Counted from the stretch's first letter, positions 1 through 13,313 are shown. The stretch is DNA of 64,000 nucleotides from Octopus vulgaris (GCA_951406725.2 OX597817.1:104966001-105030000); one strand, 5' to 3'. The notes: generated by a model not told the origin, from the sequence alone. Numbers and translations are program-made.

Positions 1-1213
1 TAATGGGGGACAGGTATACAGAATGCAATAACAGCATTTACATACCCAAAGAACTAATGAGAGAGCCTTTGCACTAGTTATGTAGGGCTTACTGAATGGG
101 TATGACAATGAAAAATTCCCAAGAAATTTTTTTAGTAGTGTGGCTTGCCTGATGAACCTTATGTAAAAAGATTACCCATGTCTGATCTAGACCTGCTAGA
201 AATAGTAACCTAATTTTCTTCTGTCTTAACCCTTTAGCAATCAGGTTATTTTGTCAAATGCAATGCTTATTTATTCACATTAGTTTGAACTAATCACTCA
301 TTATCTCAAATGCTTCAGAATTTCAATGATATGATTGTTATTTTTAGAATTACATTGTAGACTAGATACAAGAGGCCAGATCTGGCCAGTTTGAACAAAA
401 AAGAGGCAGACTATTTGGGCTGGATTACAGCCAATTTAAATGATAAAGAGTTAAATACACAAAAGACATATTAGATAATATAATTCTAGATATATTATGG
501 CTAAGTAATAGAAGAGACGATCATGGTTGGAATCCTTTAATTAAAAGAGTCTGCTGGGTCACATTTGGATGTTGGGACTGAACAGTAATAACCAACAGTA
601 AATAAGTGTAATTGTAAACTTTACATATATATATATATATAAAGGATCTCCTTTTGGGTCAATGACAAGTGAAAGAACTGGCCTATGAATGGCATAGAAC
701 ATTCACTGAATTAGCAGCAGAGTGGCTGAATATTCCATAGATATGTGTGCTTTGAATTATGGTTGCAGTCAATCTGGAGCGCTCCCAAACAAGTTTTGAT
801 TATGCAATTTCATTTGTAAGGCACAAGTCGGCCCAGGGTTACATCAAGATACACTTGCTTAAGATGCCACACATCATGACTTAACCCAAAATCTCACAAT
901 TGCAAAGTGAACTACTTAACCACTTGGACATGTGTATGTATTATACATTTACACACACATATCACATCTCCGTTGTTAATGGCATTTTAATTTTTTTAAC
1001 TCTGTAAGGAATGCAGTAGTTGTGTAGCAGTTTACTTGAAAGTTTCGGTAACAATATGTGGAGGTTTGATTTAAAATAATGTTTGAAGCCTAATAATTTC
1101 TATACCAACATCTTCATTATGTTACCTGTGATTATAACGAATGGCTATCTCTCTCTTTCTGAGGAATGAACCTAGAACCATGTGCTAGGGAAGTACGCTT
1201 TTATAGCACAGCC

Positions 1214-1244
<31 letters not shown>

Positions 1245-1245
1245 C

Positions 1246-1289
<44 letters not shown>

Positions 1290-1307
1290 GTATATATATA
1301 TATATAC

Positions 1308-1394
<87 letters not shown>
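1214..1394. repeat. (TA)n microsatellite
   Basis: Near-perfect TA dinucleotide run; explains the YIYIYI ORFs. Confidence 0.97.
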
Positions 1395-1395
<1 letters not shown>

Positions 1396-1399
1396 TTAT

Positions 1400-1590
1400 T
1401 ATCGTTTAACGTCCGTTTTCCATGCTAGCATGGGTTGGACAATGACTGGGGTCTGAGAAGCCAAGAGGCTGCACCAGGCTCCAGTCTGATCTGGCAGTGT
1501 TTCTACAGCTAGATGCCCTTCCTAACGCCAACCACTCCATGAGTGTAGTGGGTGCTTTTTATGTGCCACCGGCACAGGGGCCAGAGGAAG
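1400..1590 (-). mobile_element. Interspersed retroposon 3' tail fragment (RTE/SINE-tail-like)
   Basis: Minus strand reads ...GGTTGGCGTTAGGAAGGGCATCTAGCTGTAGAAAC...CATGCTAGCATGGAAAACGGACGTTAAACGAT. Family assignment is by resemblance only. Confidence 0.45.
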
Positions 1591-1609
1591 ATGGCAATAT
1601 ATATATATA

Positions 1610-1970
1610 CTTGTTTCAATAATTGTGCTGGGACACCACCATGAAGAGTTTAGTTGTTGAACAAATTGACTCCAGTACTGATTTTTAAAGTCTGGTACTT
1701 AGGTACTCATACTATCGGTTTTATTTGCCAAACAACTAAATTATGAGGATGAAAAGAAACATCTGTTAGTGGTGGTGGGAGACAAATACAACACACACAC
1801 ACATGCATATATATATATATATATATATAAATCGATACATATATTATATATGAGCGATGGGATTCTTTTAGTTTCCATATACCAAATCCATTCACAAAGA
1901 CTTGGTCAGCGCAGGAATGAACCCAGAACCATGTGGTTGGGAAGCAAGTTTCTTACAGCACAGCCACACT
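1610..1970 (-). mobile_element. tRNA-derived SINE family A, decayed copy
   Basis: Shares blocks with copies at 17600-18172 and 28235-28620 (ACTTGTTTCA..., GAACCATGTGGTTGGGAAGCAAG...CACAGCCAC). Confidence 0.7.
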
Positions 1971-3442
1971 TGCATGTATGTATGTGTGTGTACAAGCAAG
2001 TGTACATCAAAGCACATACACGTATATATGGTTTGGTGCATACTTGCTGCGACTGCATATTTAAAGAACGAAAGTATTACGATAATGAAAATAAATCGAT
2101 GGGACAAGCCTGTGTACAGTAGAATCCAATAAAAAAAAAAGTCGCAGGAAACTTCAATACGAGAGTGATTTAATATTTTTTTTTTGTTTTCACAAACGCG
2201 TAAATAAGCATTATATAAATTGTGTTGTTATTGTACACAACTCATGTAGCATGTAATGTCAGTTAATAAAAGTTCATATATTTATCTAATTACTCTAAGT
2301 ATCGTTTATGTCGTAAGAATGATATTTTTTCCTGTGACATTTTTTTCCAAATCAAAATTTATCTTCGTTTTCTATGATTTACACCCACTTCGACTTGAAG
2401 GCTTTTGGTCGAACAAATCAATTCTAGTACTTATTTTATTGGTATCTTTTAACGAAACGCTAGTTTACGACGACATAAACAAACCGACACTGGCTTCTTT
2501 CAGTTTCCATCTTCCAAATCCATTCACAAGGCTTTAGTCGGCCCGGGGCTATAGTATAACTTAAACTGATACACCAATGAGTGTGTTTCATTTGAAATCT
2601 GGTTCCAAATGCTTATTGTTTTGACTTTCTGCTACGAGGAACTTTTCAATACATATAGCATAAAAATAATTCCAAAACTGTTCCATTATTCCAGTTACTT
2701 GTCCGAAAACTTAGCCTGGCTGTAAAGTTCATAATCCAGAATCAATTGTTCCCCTTCGTATAATGCAGAGAACAATATAGCTGTCGAGCTAACGAAGAGG
2801 GGGTGTGTCTTACAAGGTTACTCAACTTGCTAGAAATAGCAACCAAATTCTCCCCAAATCTGTTTTAAAAGTGAAGGTATTACTGGATAATGTAGAAAGA
2901 TTAAATGGTCAAGGCAGGAACGACCTTGATTATAGTTCTGTTCGATGAAGGCTGACCTGGAGTTAAAAAATATTAACTTAATATTTGTAATAAGAAAGGC
3001 GGAGTTTTGGAACATCTGTCCCATATCTGATGAGGAAGGTAATGAGTAGCTCCCCATCCTCTGTATATATATACCTGTGTGTCATAATAACGGTAGATGC
3101 GACTGTGTAAATGCTTTTAAAAAATTCCATTTTTTTTTTACATCTAAGCCCACTCAATCATGCAATCTTTTCTGTCTCCATGCAGGAAAAGGAAGGACAT
3201 CAATTCCGAAACTCCGAAGAAACATAAACAATCTAGAATACAAAGAAAGTCCTTCAAACGAGCACGCCAAATAGCTAGATACAAGCATTAATAAAGACAG
3301 AAAGGAGCCGAGGGTTTCACGTACTTGTAACAGAGGAAACATGCTAAAGATTGTACCACTATGTACCACTTTGGCAGTGTTGCTGAATGAGGACTACTAT
3401 GAAAAATACTGGAAGCACAACTGACGTATCATATCAGAATTG

Positions 3443-3485
<43 letters not shown>

Positions 3486-6400
3486 CACACAAATATACTT
3501 GGAAATGGATGCGTGGCGTTCAATCAAATGATATAAATAATTATACATATATACATGGGAAGACGATTTAACTAAACGATTTGGGCCGAATTGGAAAAGA
3601 AGGGCGCTATCAAGGAAGAATTGGTAGCGCATTGTGACCAGCAGTATATAACATCCGATAGTCTGGTCGATAGCCACACACACACGCACATATACTGATA
3701 GATATGTACGCACGTACACACACTCATACTTTAGTTGTAGGCCTAAAGACGTACAAAACAGCAACACACGGAACACAAGCGCTGAATAAAAATAAAGGCA
3801 ATGCTTAACTTAGAAATAACACCGACCTATTTGAATACAGCAAAGTATAATGACCATTCCTGCAAAAGTTTGGCAATTAGGGAAACAAATTAAGTGGTGG
3901 ACTGAAGGTTCACGTAAAAAAGGCAAACAAGAAATTACTAACATTCGTATGATGAAGCAAGCATCCAAGATGCAAATGGAATTATATATAGAAGAAAAAA
4001 TATTACCGTTAAATTAGAAAGTGCCCAATTAGTTGTGGTTGGTAAATTCAGTTGGTCAGAAAATTTACACGTAACAAAAAGTTTAAAATATTGTCTTTTT
4101 CCTGCATCTCTTGCTCACTTCGAATAATTCATTCTTATTTATATCCTATATTGTAAACTAAGCAAAACTATGTTATACTTTGGAATTTTCTATCAAGTTT
4201 ACAGGCCTCTTGATCTTTTAATGGTTTATTGCTTTACAAACTTGTATATTAATGGACATTTTTGTTTTGATTCGGCAACTCGGGAGTAGTCTACTTATTC
4301 TGTATCGTATTTTTGTACAATAATAGAAAAAACAAACTAAATTTAATAAAGTATTGTAATCTAAAAGAATAGACTTTAAAACGAATAAGAACTGCAAAAT
4401 TATTTACCATTACGAAAAATTATTTGCTTATTTGATATCCAACACCTATATTGGAGACAACTAGAACACGGGAGTCTCTAGTTGTTTCGATCTGCTAGAA
4501 ATGGCAGCCAAGTCCCTCTGTTAGAGCATACGCTACCGTCTTAGAACGAAATGATACAATTGATGATGTAGTCTTTGATATACAAAAATATGTTCAGAGC
4601 TGGAACGCTTTTTATTAGGGGACCTGCTGAAACAGAAGTGACCCTGGCGTGCCAAATGTTATTATTTTTTTTTAATGACAGTCTAGCAACAATTCTCTTG
4701 AGGACAGACAAAATACAATACTGTAAAACCGAACTTAATTCACATTAATATTATTAGATTAAAGAACAAAAACTATCAAGTTATGAGAAGTTGAGTGAAA
4801 GAAGAAAAGACTAGAAGAGAATTTGTTCCGAGAGTGCAGAAGGTAAATAATAGTTTCACACAGAATACGAGATTCGCTGGTAAGATTTATAGTAGCCTTT
4901 GGTTGGACATTGCTTTAAAACTATGCAAAATCAAGAGTAAATTGATAGAGAATGTTTATTTTCTATCTAAGAAAAAAATTATATGAAAATATCTTAAAAG
5001 AAATAGTGTTAGTTGATTAAATTTAGTTTAGATAGCTTCTGCACGGAATTTATATTTCGCTGCAGTAATTATTGCATCAATTTCATTACCTCAGAATTTG
5101 CACAAATTGCTCTATTTTCTATACAAAAAGATGGAAACTTTTTTTCTGTGGTGTTATTCTAGAGAATGTTTATTAGTGGTTGAGATTGAAGTAAAAGAAT
5201 GTAGCCCATCAGTGAGTTGCAAGCTTAGCTCCGCCATATTTGTTATGTCGAACACGTCCGTAGCCAACAACGTATAAACTGATCATATTAGCAAACAATC
5301 TAACCTATCTATACACGTATATGCTTACTCAGACTATTAAAATAAATGATAAAATTAAATCTATAATTAATTCAATTCAGAAAAAGTTTCTCTTTAAAAA
5401 CATTTCTGCAGTAAAACAAAATTCCATAAAAAGTATTTATATATACATACATACATATAAAACTTTTGGATCGAATTGTGTTGTCAGGAATGAAAATATA
5501 GGAAGACAAGGAAGGAAAATATAAAAAGTAACATCCCGAAAGACAAACACACACACCTAGTTAAATCAGTTTTGATTATAAATACGCGTGTCTTTGCTTA
5601 CAACTTTAATAGCAGTGACAAACAAAATGCAAAATAAATCCTTTGTATGGCGATGCACCTTATGAAATATAAAAGTTCAAATTAAAAAAAAAAAAGCATC
5701 GTTTAAAAAATAAAATAAAATATCAGTAACACACTATCTATTGCTGGTTTCTAATTAAAACACACAATTTGTGTAAATAGACTGATTAATTTTGAGGTGA
5801 ACCGAGAGGATACTTACGATTTAGTCATCTAGGTTGTTATTATTTATCTTTCAATAGATTAGTTTACTTTTAGCAGACTGAAACATACACAAAATGAGAG
5901 ACGTTGCTTTCATGCTTTGTTTTGTTATCATCGACAAAAGCACATTGTTATTATTATACGGTCTGTGATAGTAGTAGAACTATAGGAAATTGAACACACA
6001 GCAGTTACACATCAGCGGATAATTATTTGTTGGAACTGTTAAATTGTGTGTCATCTGTTATAGTCCCGTATGAGTGTATCATCGGCTTAAGTAAACGCAC
6101 GATGGCGCCGGTAGTCAGAATTGTATATTACTAACACGTACACAGGTTTAGCTTTACTACTGTTAATATACTTCGCAATATATAGGTAAATTACATGTAA
6201 ATTAATATTTTATTTTATATTTTCTTACCTTAATTCACTAGTTTTTAAGGAAATATAATTGAATTGAATAGTCCAATAGTGAAAATACTGAAAACTGCTA
6301 CGCTGATAAAGTATGTGTCAAGTAGAGGTCACGTTATCATTTTTCGCTTCCGGTCTCACACATTTTACAGAAACAATAAACAGAAATCTGTTTACATCTA

Positions 6401-6956
6401 TATATACTCGTATGTATATATATAAATGTATATATGCATACACACAACTATGGAAACATTGAAACGCATATTTTCGTTATAGCTGTCTCTCTTTTCATAT
6501 ATACATACATTTTTACACAAATAATGAAAAATGATTTAGTCGTATTTACATATGTATGTGTGTATGTGTATATGTACACACACACACACACACAAACAAA
6601 CATACGCAAATTGATCAGTGCTTCACAATTTGCTGTGCCCGTTGCACTTGGATACCCTTTCTAGTGCCAATTACTACAAGGGAAAATGGAATGAATGAAT
6701 TTTTACAACCACTAGCTGCCTTTCGATTCTGGACAGTCTCTATTAGATACGTTATTTTCAATAGATTTGACAGAAACAGTTTTCTTTGGGGTAGGCGGGT
6801 ATGGAAATAAGAAAAACAGAACATGTTCATGTATCTGAAAAGAACAACTATGGTGGACCAGCAATAAAAGGAATTGATGTGGAACACATATTTAATGGTA
6901 AAGGGAAAAGAAAATAGGCTTCTTTCACATTATTTTTTCCTTAGAGCTAATGATAA

Positions 6957-7011
<55 letters not shown>

Positions 7012-7440
7012 TGTGTATGTGTATGTTACTATGTATATATATATATATATATACACATGTATATGTGTGTTATATATGTACATTTATGTCTATTAACATA
7101 TACCTGTGTATATATTATGTATGTATGTATGTATGCATGTGTGTGCGTGCGTGCATGCGTGACGTGTGTGTGTGTGCGTGCGTGCATGCGTGACGTGTGT
7201 GTGTGTGCGCGAGTGTGTAAAATCGAATTTGATTTAATGCTGTTTGATGTGTAGCAAGATTACACACTCACACACACACACACAAATGGTTTTGTTTTCC
7301 AGAATAACAGAGTTAGAAAACCTTTTAGGTTTCTCTTAACTTTGCCCCTATTTTGCGACTCGTGTATTTTTATGCATTTATTTGTTTCTTGACGTCTGTC
7401 GTCTACATAATAACAATAATGATAATAATAAATAATAATA

Positions 7441-8938
7441 ATGAAAACCAAAGCCATCCCCATTAGAAGAGGAATATTCCAGGGAGACACGCTCTCTCCA
7501 CTCCTTTTTTGCTTGGCACTGTCACCTCTATCTGATATGCTAAATAGTACTGGATACGGATATAAATGTTACGGCAAAACGATCAGCCACCTTTTATATA
7601 TGGATGACCTACAACTATACGCTGCAAATGACAAACAGCTGGAAACACTATTAAAGACAGTTCATGGATTTACCAAAGAAATAGATATGAAATTTGGATT
7701 AGAAAAATACGCCAAAGTAACCATGAAAAGAGGAAAACTAGTTAAGAGTAGCAACATCACACTAGATAAAACCAATGAAATAAAAGAATTAGACCAAAGC
7801 CAAACTTACAAATACTTAGGAATCCATGAACTAGATAAGACACAAATGAAAGAGAAAATAAAAAAAGAATATTATTGACGAGTTAGATCAATACTAAAAA
7901 CAGAGCTCAATGCTAAAAACAAGATAATAGGTATTAACACTTTAGCTGTCCCAGTTATAAGTTACAGCTACAATATCCTTAACTGGATACTAAATGAACT
8001 GACCAAAATAGATAGGAAAACAAGAAAAATAATGACAGGATCTAGAATGCATCACCCAAAATCTGACATATAAAGACTATATATACAACGTATAGAAGGT
8101 GGTAGAGGCCTTATACAGCTGGAAAACTACTATAAAATAACCACCATAGGACTGCAAAAATACCTACTTCAGAAGGAAGGAAAACTGATACAAATAGCGG
8201 CAAAACACGAGCAAAACAAAAAACTGTTCTCAGTAATTAAGGAAGCTGACAAATACAAACAAGAAATCATACCACCTAACAAAATGAAGAAGAAGAAGAA
8301 GATGAAGAAACAACAAAAGCTATAATACAAATGAAATCCAAACTAAAACTAGAACAGCAAAGAACCATGATAAAACGATGGCAAGAAAAGCCCCTTTATG
8401 GTAAATACTGGACTAAACTAAATGCAAAAGAAATAGACAAAGAAAAATCCCAGCAATGGTTGAGAAGCTCAGGACTCAAAGCAGAGACAGAGGGATTTTT
8501 AATTGCAGCACAAGACCAAAGCCTCCCCACCAGAAATTACCCAAAACATGTAATGAAAAGAAATATAACAAGTAACTGCAGAATATGTGGAGATGGACAA
8601 GAAACAATAAATCATATTATCTCTGGCTGCCCAGTCCTGGCTAAGAAGGAATATATTCACAGACATGACAGAGTTGGAACCTACATACACTGGAAACTAT
8701 GCCAACATTATGGAATAACAACAGAAAAAAGGTGGTATAGGCACACACCAGAAAAGGTCAAAGAAAACGAGAAAGCAACCATACTCTGGGATATGCCGAT
8801 ACACACAGATAGAGAAATTAAGGCCAACAGACCAGATATAGTTGTCAGAGATCATGAAGAAAAAAATGCTTTCTAATTGATGTATCAATACCGGCAGATG
8901 ACAACGTGTCTCTAAAAGAAATGGAGAAACTTTCAAAA
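7441..8938 (+). mobile_element. 5'-truncated R4/Dong-type non-LTR retrotransposon (RT + CCHC knuckle + restriction-like endonuclease), pseudogenised
   Basis: RT motifs RGIFQGDTLSPLLF, LLYMDDL and YKYLG; CCHC knuckle CRICGDGQETINHIISGC; RHD; REL motif RPDIVVRD. Stops at 7876 and 8071 and a frameshift near 8285. The 5' junction abuts TAA-rich repeats (7408-7442). Confidence 0.92.
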
Positions 8939-9045
8939 TGTCTGTGTGTGTGTATAGATATTACATGCTGAATCTTTGAACACTACACAGTTATTCTCTC
9001 TCCGTTTTTTTTTTTTTTCCATTCTCTTCATTTTCCCTCTCATTC

Positions 9046-9175
9046 CTTTCCATCAAATAGCGTAGGCTCGAAACGTAAAAGACTTTCCATTTTTCCCGAG
9101 CGTTAAACTATTACACTTGCATGCTGTTCCTACACCTGTCTTCGTTTTTTGTTTTTCTATTTCTATAAATTTGAA

Positions 9176-9176
<1 letters not shown>
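9046..9176 (+). repeat. Penelope pLTR-like repeat with decayed minimal hammerhead
   Basis: AGCGTAGGCTCGAAACGTAAAAGACTTT...CCCGAGCGTTAAACTA matches the copies at 17874 and 25901; the CUGANGA core is mutated here. Confidence 0.7.
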
Positions 9177-9384
<208 letters not shown>

Positions 9385-9502
9385 ATCAACCGAAATTGCA
9401 AGGATAATCTGGTTCTTGACTGAAGATAGACAACTTCGAATGACCCGTCCTTGTTTTCTTTGTATCGTCTATCTGGATGTTTTGCGTCCTTGTCCCATTT
9501 TG

Positions 9503-9535
<33 letters not shown>

Positions 9536-9558
9536 GCGGCTTACGTACACTTTGTTCT

Positions 9559-9630
<72 letters not shown>

Positions 9631-9632
<2 letters not shown>

Positions 9633-9990
9633 TTAAGAGGGTGCGTGCGTTTAGTCATATAATATATTAATAAATGAAATAAAACATATGCATATATATA
9701 AACATATATGTACGTACCTACCTCTACATGTACATATACACGCATATATGAGTACAGGACACCAAAGGGACGTCGAACACAAAGAGAAACGAAAACATAG
9801 ACACAAACCAAAGGAACTGGACATTTTTTTAAAAACAACAAAAAATGGAGTACAGGACAATTAACACAACGAAAAAACCCCTTCTTCAGTCGCTAAGGTT
9901 TCATCTACTCTACGTTTCGAAGGATAAAAGCGAGACGTATCTTCGACAAGAAACTTTCCTTCCTGCGAAAAGCAAATCAATTAAAATTCT
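9631..9990 (-). mobile_element. ~350-bp non-coding repeat (pLTR-like) carrying a permuted hammerhead, copy 1
   Basis: Homologous to 16151-16555, 16972-17316 and 10690-11052; shared blocks include GTACGTACCTACATCTACATG and GTACAGGACA. Confidence 0.8.
9878..9939 (-). ncRNA. Hammerhead ribozyme motif, non-circularly permuted strand order (copy 1)
   Basis: Minus strand: TACG-TC|TCGCT-tttatc-CTTC-GAA-ACGTA-(16 nt)-AGCGA-CTGAAGA-A-GGGG. Stem III UACGU/ACGUA, stem I UCGCU/AGCGA, stem II GGGG/CUUC, GUC cleavage triplet. Confidence 0.7.
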
Positions 9991-9994
9991 GTCC

Positions 9995-10487
9995 TTTACT
10001 TGTTTCAGTCATTTCCTTGTGGCCATGATGGAGCACCGCCTTTAGTCGTACATATCGACCCCAGGACTTATTCTTTGTAAGCTTGGTGCGCATACTACCG
10101 CTAAGTTACGGGGACGTAAACACACTAACATCGGTTGCCAAGCGATGGTGGAAGGGGCAAACACAAACACAGACACATAAACACATACATACGGGCTTAT
10201 TTCAGTTTCCGTCTACCAAATCTACTCACAAGGGTTTGATTGGCCTGAGGCTATAGTAGAAGATACTTGCTCAAGGTGCCATCATCATCATCATTGTTCG
10301 ACCGTGGTCAAAACAACGGAATTTACCATGCTACGCCAGACTTCACGGTCCATCATAGCATTACGGAGGTCCTGTTGCTGGATGCCTACCCTTCATTCAA
10401 CCATTGAGCAAGTAACTCTCCAAGGTGCCATACAGTGAGATTGAACCCGGGACCATGTGGTTGGGAAGCAAGCCTCTTACCACACAA
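9995..10487 (-). mobile_element. tRNA-derived SINE family A, interrupted by an RTE-like LINE 3' fragment
   Basis: Family A blocks throughout; insertion at 10283-10420. Confidence 0.8.
10283..10420 (-). mobile_element. RTE-like LINE 3' end with (TGA)n tail and 11-bp TSD
   Basis: Minus strand encodes GIQQQDLRNAMMDREVWRSMVNSVVLTTVEQ* followed by TGATGATGA. CAAGGTGCCAT is duplicated at 10272-10282 and 10421-10431. Confidence 0.75.
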
Positions 10488-10689
10488 AGGCCTCCGTTCG
10501 TCTTTTTCGTTTGTTCTCTTGTTTATTTTTGTTTTCTCGTATTGTAATTTAATTCTCGTTATGTATTTTCGTGTACATGTATCTTTAATTTTGTATTATT
10601 TTTTTCTTGTATGTATTTTTTTGTGCAGTTCTTTGTTACGTCCCTTTTTGTGTTACATTTTTTCTTGCTCGTTTACCCCTCTACGAGTT

Positions 10690-11052
10690 TATTTTATTTT
10701 AATTCTCTCGTAGGAAGGCTTAGCTTGACCTTACGCGTTCTGTCTCTGCCTTCGAAACACGTGTCTGCTAGCGACAGCTGATGAAGGGGATTTTTTCCTT
10801 GTGTAGCATGTCCTGTACTTCGTTTTTCTGCTGCACATAATTGTTTTTCCCGTTTTCGTTTTCGTTTCGTCTTGTTCCACGTCTCTGTCCTTCTGTTGTA
10901 ACAAAATGTCTTCTCCGTTTTCGTTCTGTTGATTTTTTCGTCTTCTTGTGATGTCCTGTACGTATATATATATTTATATATGCATGTATATATACATGTA
11001 GATGTCGGTACGTACATATTTGTTTGTATGTATGCATATATTTTATTTATTA
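10690..11052 (+). mobile_element. ~350-bp non-coding repeat carrying a permuted hammerhead, copy 2 (diverged subfamily)
   Basis: Reverse-complement homology to 9631-9990 (TGTCCTGTAC; ATACATGTAGATGTCGGTACGTAC). Confidence 0.75.
10733..10779 (+). ncRNA. Hammerhead ribozyme motif, non-circularly permuted (copy 2)
   Basis: ACGCG-TT|CTGTC-tctgc-CTTC-GAA-ACACGT-(10 nt)-GACAG-CTGATGA-A-GGGG. Stem I CUGUC/GACAG differs completely in sequence from copy 1 but still pairs. Confidence 0.7.
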
Positions 11053-11115
<63 letters not shown>

Positions 11116-11335
11116 CCTGCTCGCTTAGCCAGCGGGGTGGCGTCATTTGAAGGCTAAAACAATGTGAAGCGCATTGTGACCAGCGATGTGTAGCAACATC
11201 TGATAGCCTGGTCGATCATGGTGATATATATATAGTTAATCCAAACATGAAAATACAAAGAGAAAACACAACAACGCGAGCACGTGGAACAAGTATAGTG
11301 TTATTGGACGCTCAGGAAGGAAGGAAAGAAGGAGG

Positions 11336-11370
11336 GTTTAACGTTTCGAGCGGAGCTCTTCTTCAGAAAC
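11336..11370 (-). ncRNA. Minimal type I hammerhead ribozyme (Penelope-pLTR type)
   Basis: GTTT-CTGAAGA-A-GAGC-tcc-GCTC-GAAAC-GTT|AAAC: intact core, palindromic AACGTT stem III. Confidence 0.85.
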
Positions 11371-11814
11371 ATAGGAAAGGGAAAGATACAAAGAAGGGAA
11401 GACGGAGGAAAAAAATCGCCAACGGTACACACGCGGTCACATTTTGAATGACCGGAATGGAATGGGTACATATAAGAAGGATGACCACGAAGACATTTGA
11501 ATTATACCCCCAAATATAATTGACAGAACTATATGCATGTTCTCTCTCGTGTTGACGTTTCGTGTATAGTTCTGCAAATTATATTTTCTATGACGGTCGC
11601 ACTGATGATTTGCAGGCATTTACGTATGTAAATATGTAAATGGTAACAATGAAATCTGGTATGTGACTAATTATATTTTGTATCTTTTCATTTGTCTTGT
11701 TCGCTTATGTTCTGGCGTTTGTCGAAATTTCTTGATAACAATTTTTTCTTAGTGGGCAGACCATATGGGATCTACATTTAGCATATTGGATGTTCACTCA
11801 GTGGTCATCCCTCT

Positions 11815-11896
11815 TATATGTATGTAATATAATTTTTCTGAATCTTCAAATTTTTTCAAATTTGAAGATTCAGAAAAATTATATTACATACATATA
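11815..11896. repeat. Perfect 39-bp inverted repeat (4-nt spacer)
   Basis: Arm 11815-11853 is the exact reverse complement of arm 11858-11896. Confidence 0.92.
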
Positions 11897-12100
11897 GTCA
11901 GGTGACTGGTTTGGCCATTCTAATAATTTTATATAGTGATCGACAATCCTTTTTTTTTTGGTAGACTTCGCCGCGTGCTTAGGATCGTTATCCTGTTGTA
12001 AAACCCACCCTACACAAAGCTGGAGCTTTTTTACAGAGTCCCATAAATCATTGTTCAAAATATTTTGAAAAACATTTCTCTATTTTATGTCAGATACTTT
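11897..12100 (-). mobile_element. Tc1-family transposase fragment
   Basis: Minus strand encodes WVLQQDNDPKHAAKSTK and, after a frameshift, LEWPNQSPD (DD34E region). Confidence 0.8.
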
Positions 12101-12679
12101 CACTTTAACAATAAAAGTTAGAGATGATAATAATAATTGAATTATATGTAGTAAGTAATAAGTAAAATCAAACTAAAGTATAATATAATCGTAACGTAAC
12201 AAAAGTAAAAATAGCAATTGGTATAAAATTGCATCAATGACTTGAACTTGAATAAGTGATTTCACATGAATGGGAATAAATCAAAAATAAAATTAGGGTG
12301 CAGAAATGGAGCTGTGCACATACCTTTTACCACGGCTTTTACATTAGATTATCTGCTAATTAGTTAGCATTAAGTATCTATATGAAGTTTGGCTGTATGT
12401 AATGTCTATTTTCTCAAACAGCCGCTTCTACTGAGTACTGCTGTTGGTTTATTTCTTATACATAAAGGACTATAGCTTCAACTGCGTACTGCTTTTTGAT
12501 TCACCGTAAGGTCTGTTGTTATTATTATTACTGTTTAACTATTGTTACTACGTTTGTTGGTTCCTCGAAATTGACAATATTGTCACCGTTTATACGGAAG
12601 CATTTTTCTTCGATAGAAGAAAGTCCAAAAAGGAATTTCGCTGCAGCCGTCGGCGGGCGCGAACTCATTAAAATTAAAA

Positions 12680-13125
12680 TGGAAGAAATACAAATCTATT
12701 TCGGATTGATCACCGACAATGACGGTGAATCTAGGATAACACCACCAAACGAAATAAAAAATAAAATTAAAGAAAATACTATTGTCTATAAAGTATACAA
12801 TGTAGAGAAAAAAAAATTGAACACCTGGAGGAAAGCACCATCGAAAAGTGTCTTGGTACGACTATGAAAGATATCAAGTAACTAACCAGAGGCGGTAAAT
12901 TCGCCACAATAGAAGCAAGGTTCGAGTCAACGGAGCGTGCAAGGGTGTACTCGATTCGAACCTTGCAAAGTGGAAATATTTTATTTTTGCCTTTATATCT
13001 GGGACGTAGGACGTCCCGGATAAAAATTTAAAATGTTCCCCCAGAAGTAGAGGTAGGCTGGATTGTAGCCACACTTCTATACAAGAGGGAGGACAAGATA
13101 CAATTGATCGAAATTGCAAGAGACA
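12680..13125 (+). pseudogene. Decayed LINE ORF1-like (RRM-type) coding remnant
   Basis: MEEIQIYFG...TIVYKVYNV, then after a frameshift ...FLPLYLGRRTSRIKI*NVPPEVEVGWIVATLL, which resembles L1/Tx1 ORF1. Family uncertain. Confidence 0.4.
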
Positions 13126-13313
13126 GGCCTACAATTCCAGTCTGTTATATATTTTGAGTATTGTTATCACCAGCGATATCAAGATATAACTTTGTATTTT
13201 GTATTTTATGTGTAGATGTACATATATAGATGTACATGTAATATGTACACATATATATACACATATTTACATGCACTAGTACTATGACCCGGCAACGACG
13301 GTCATAATGCTAG

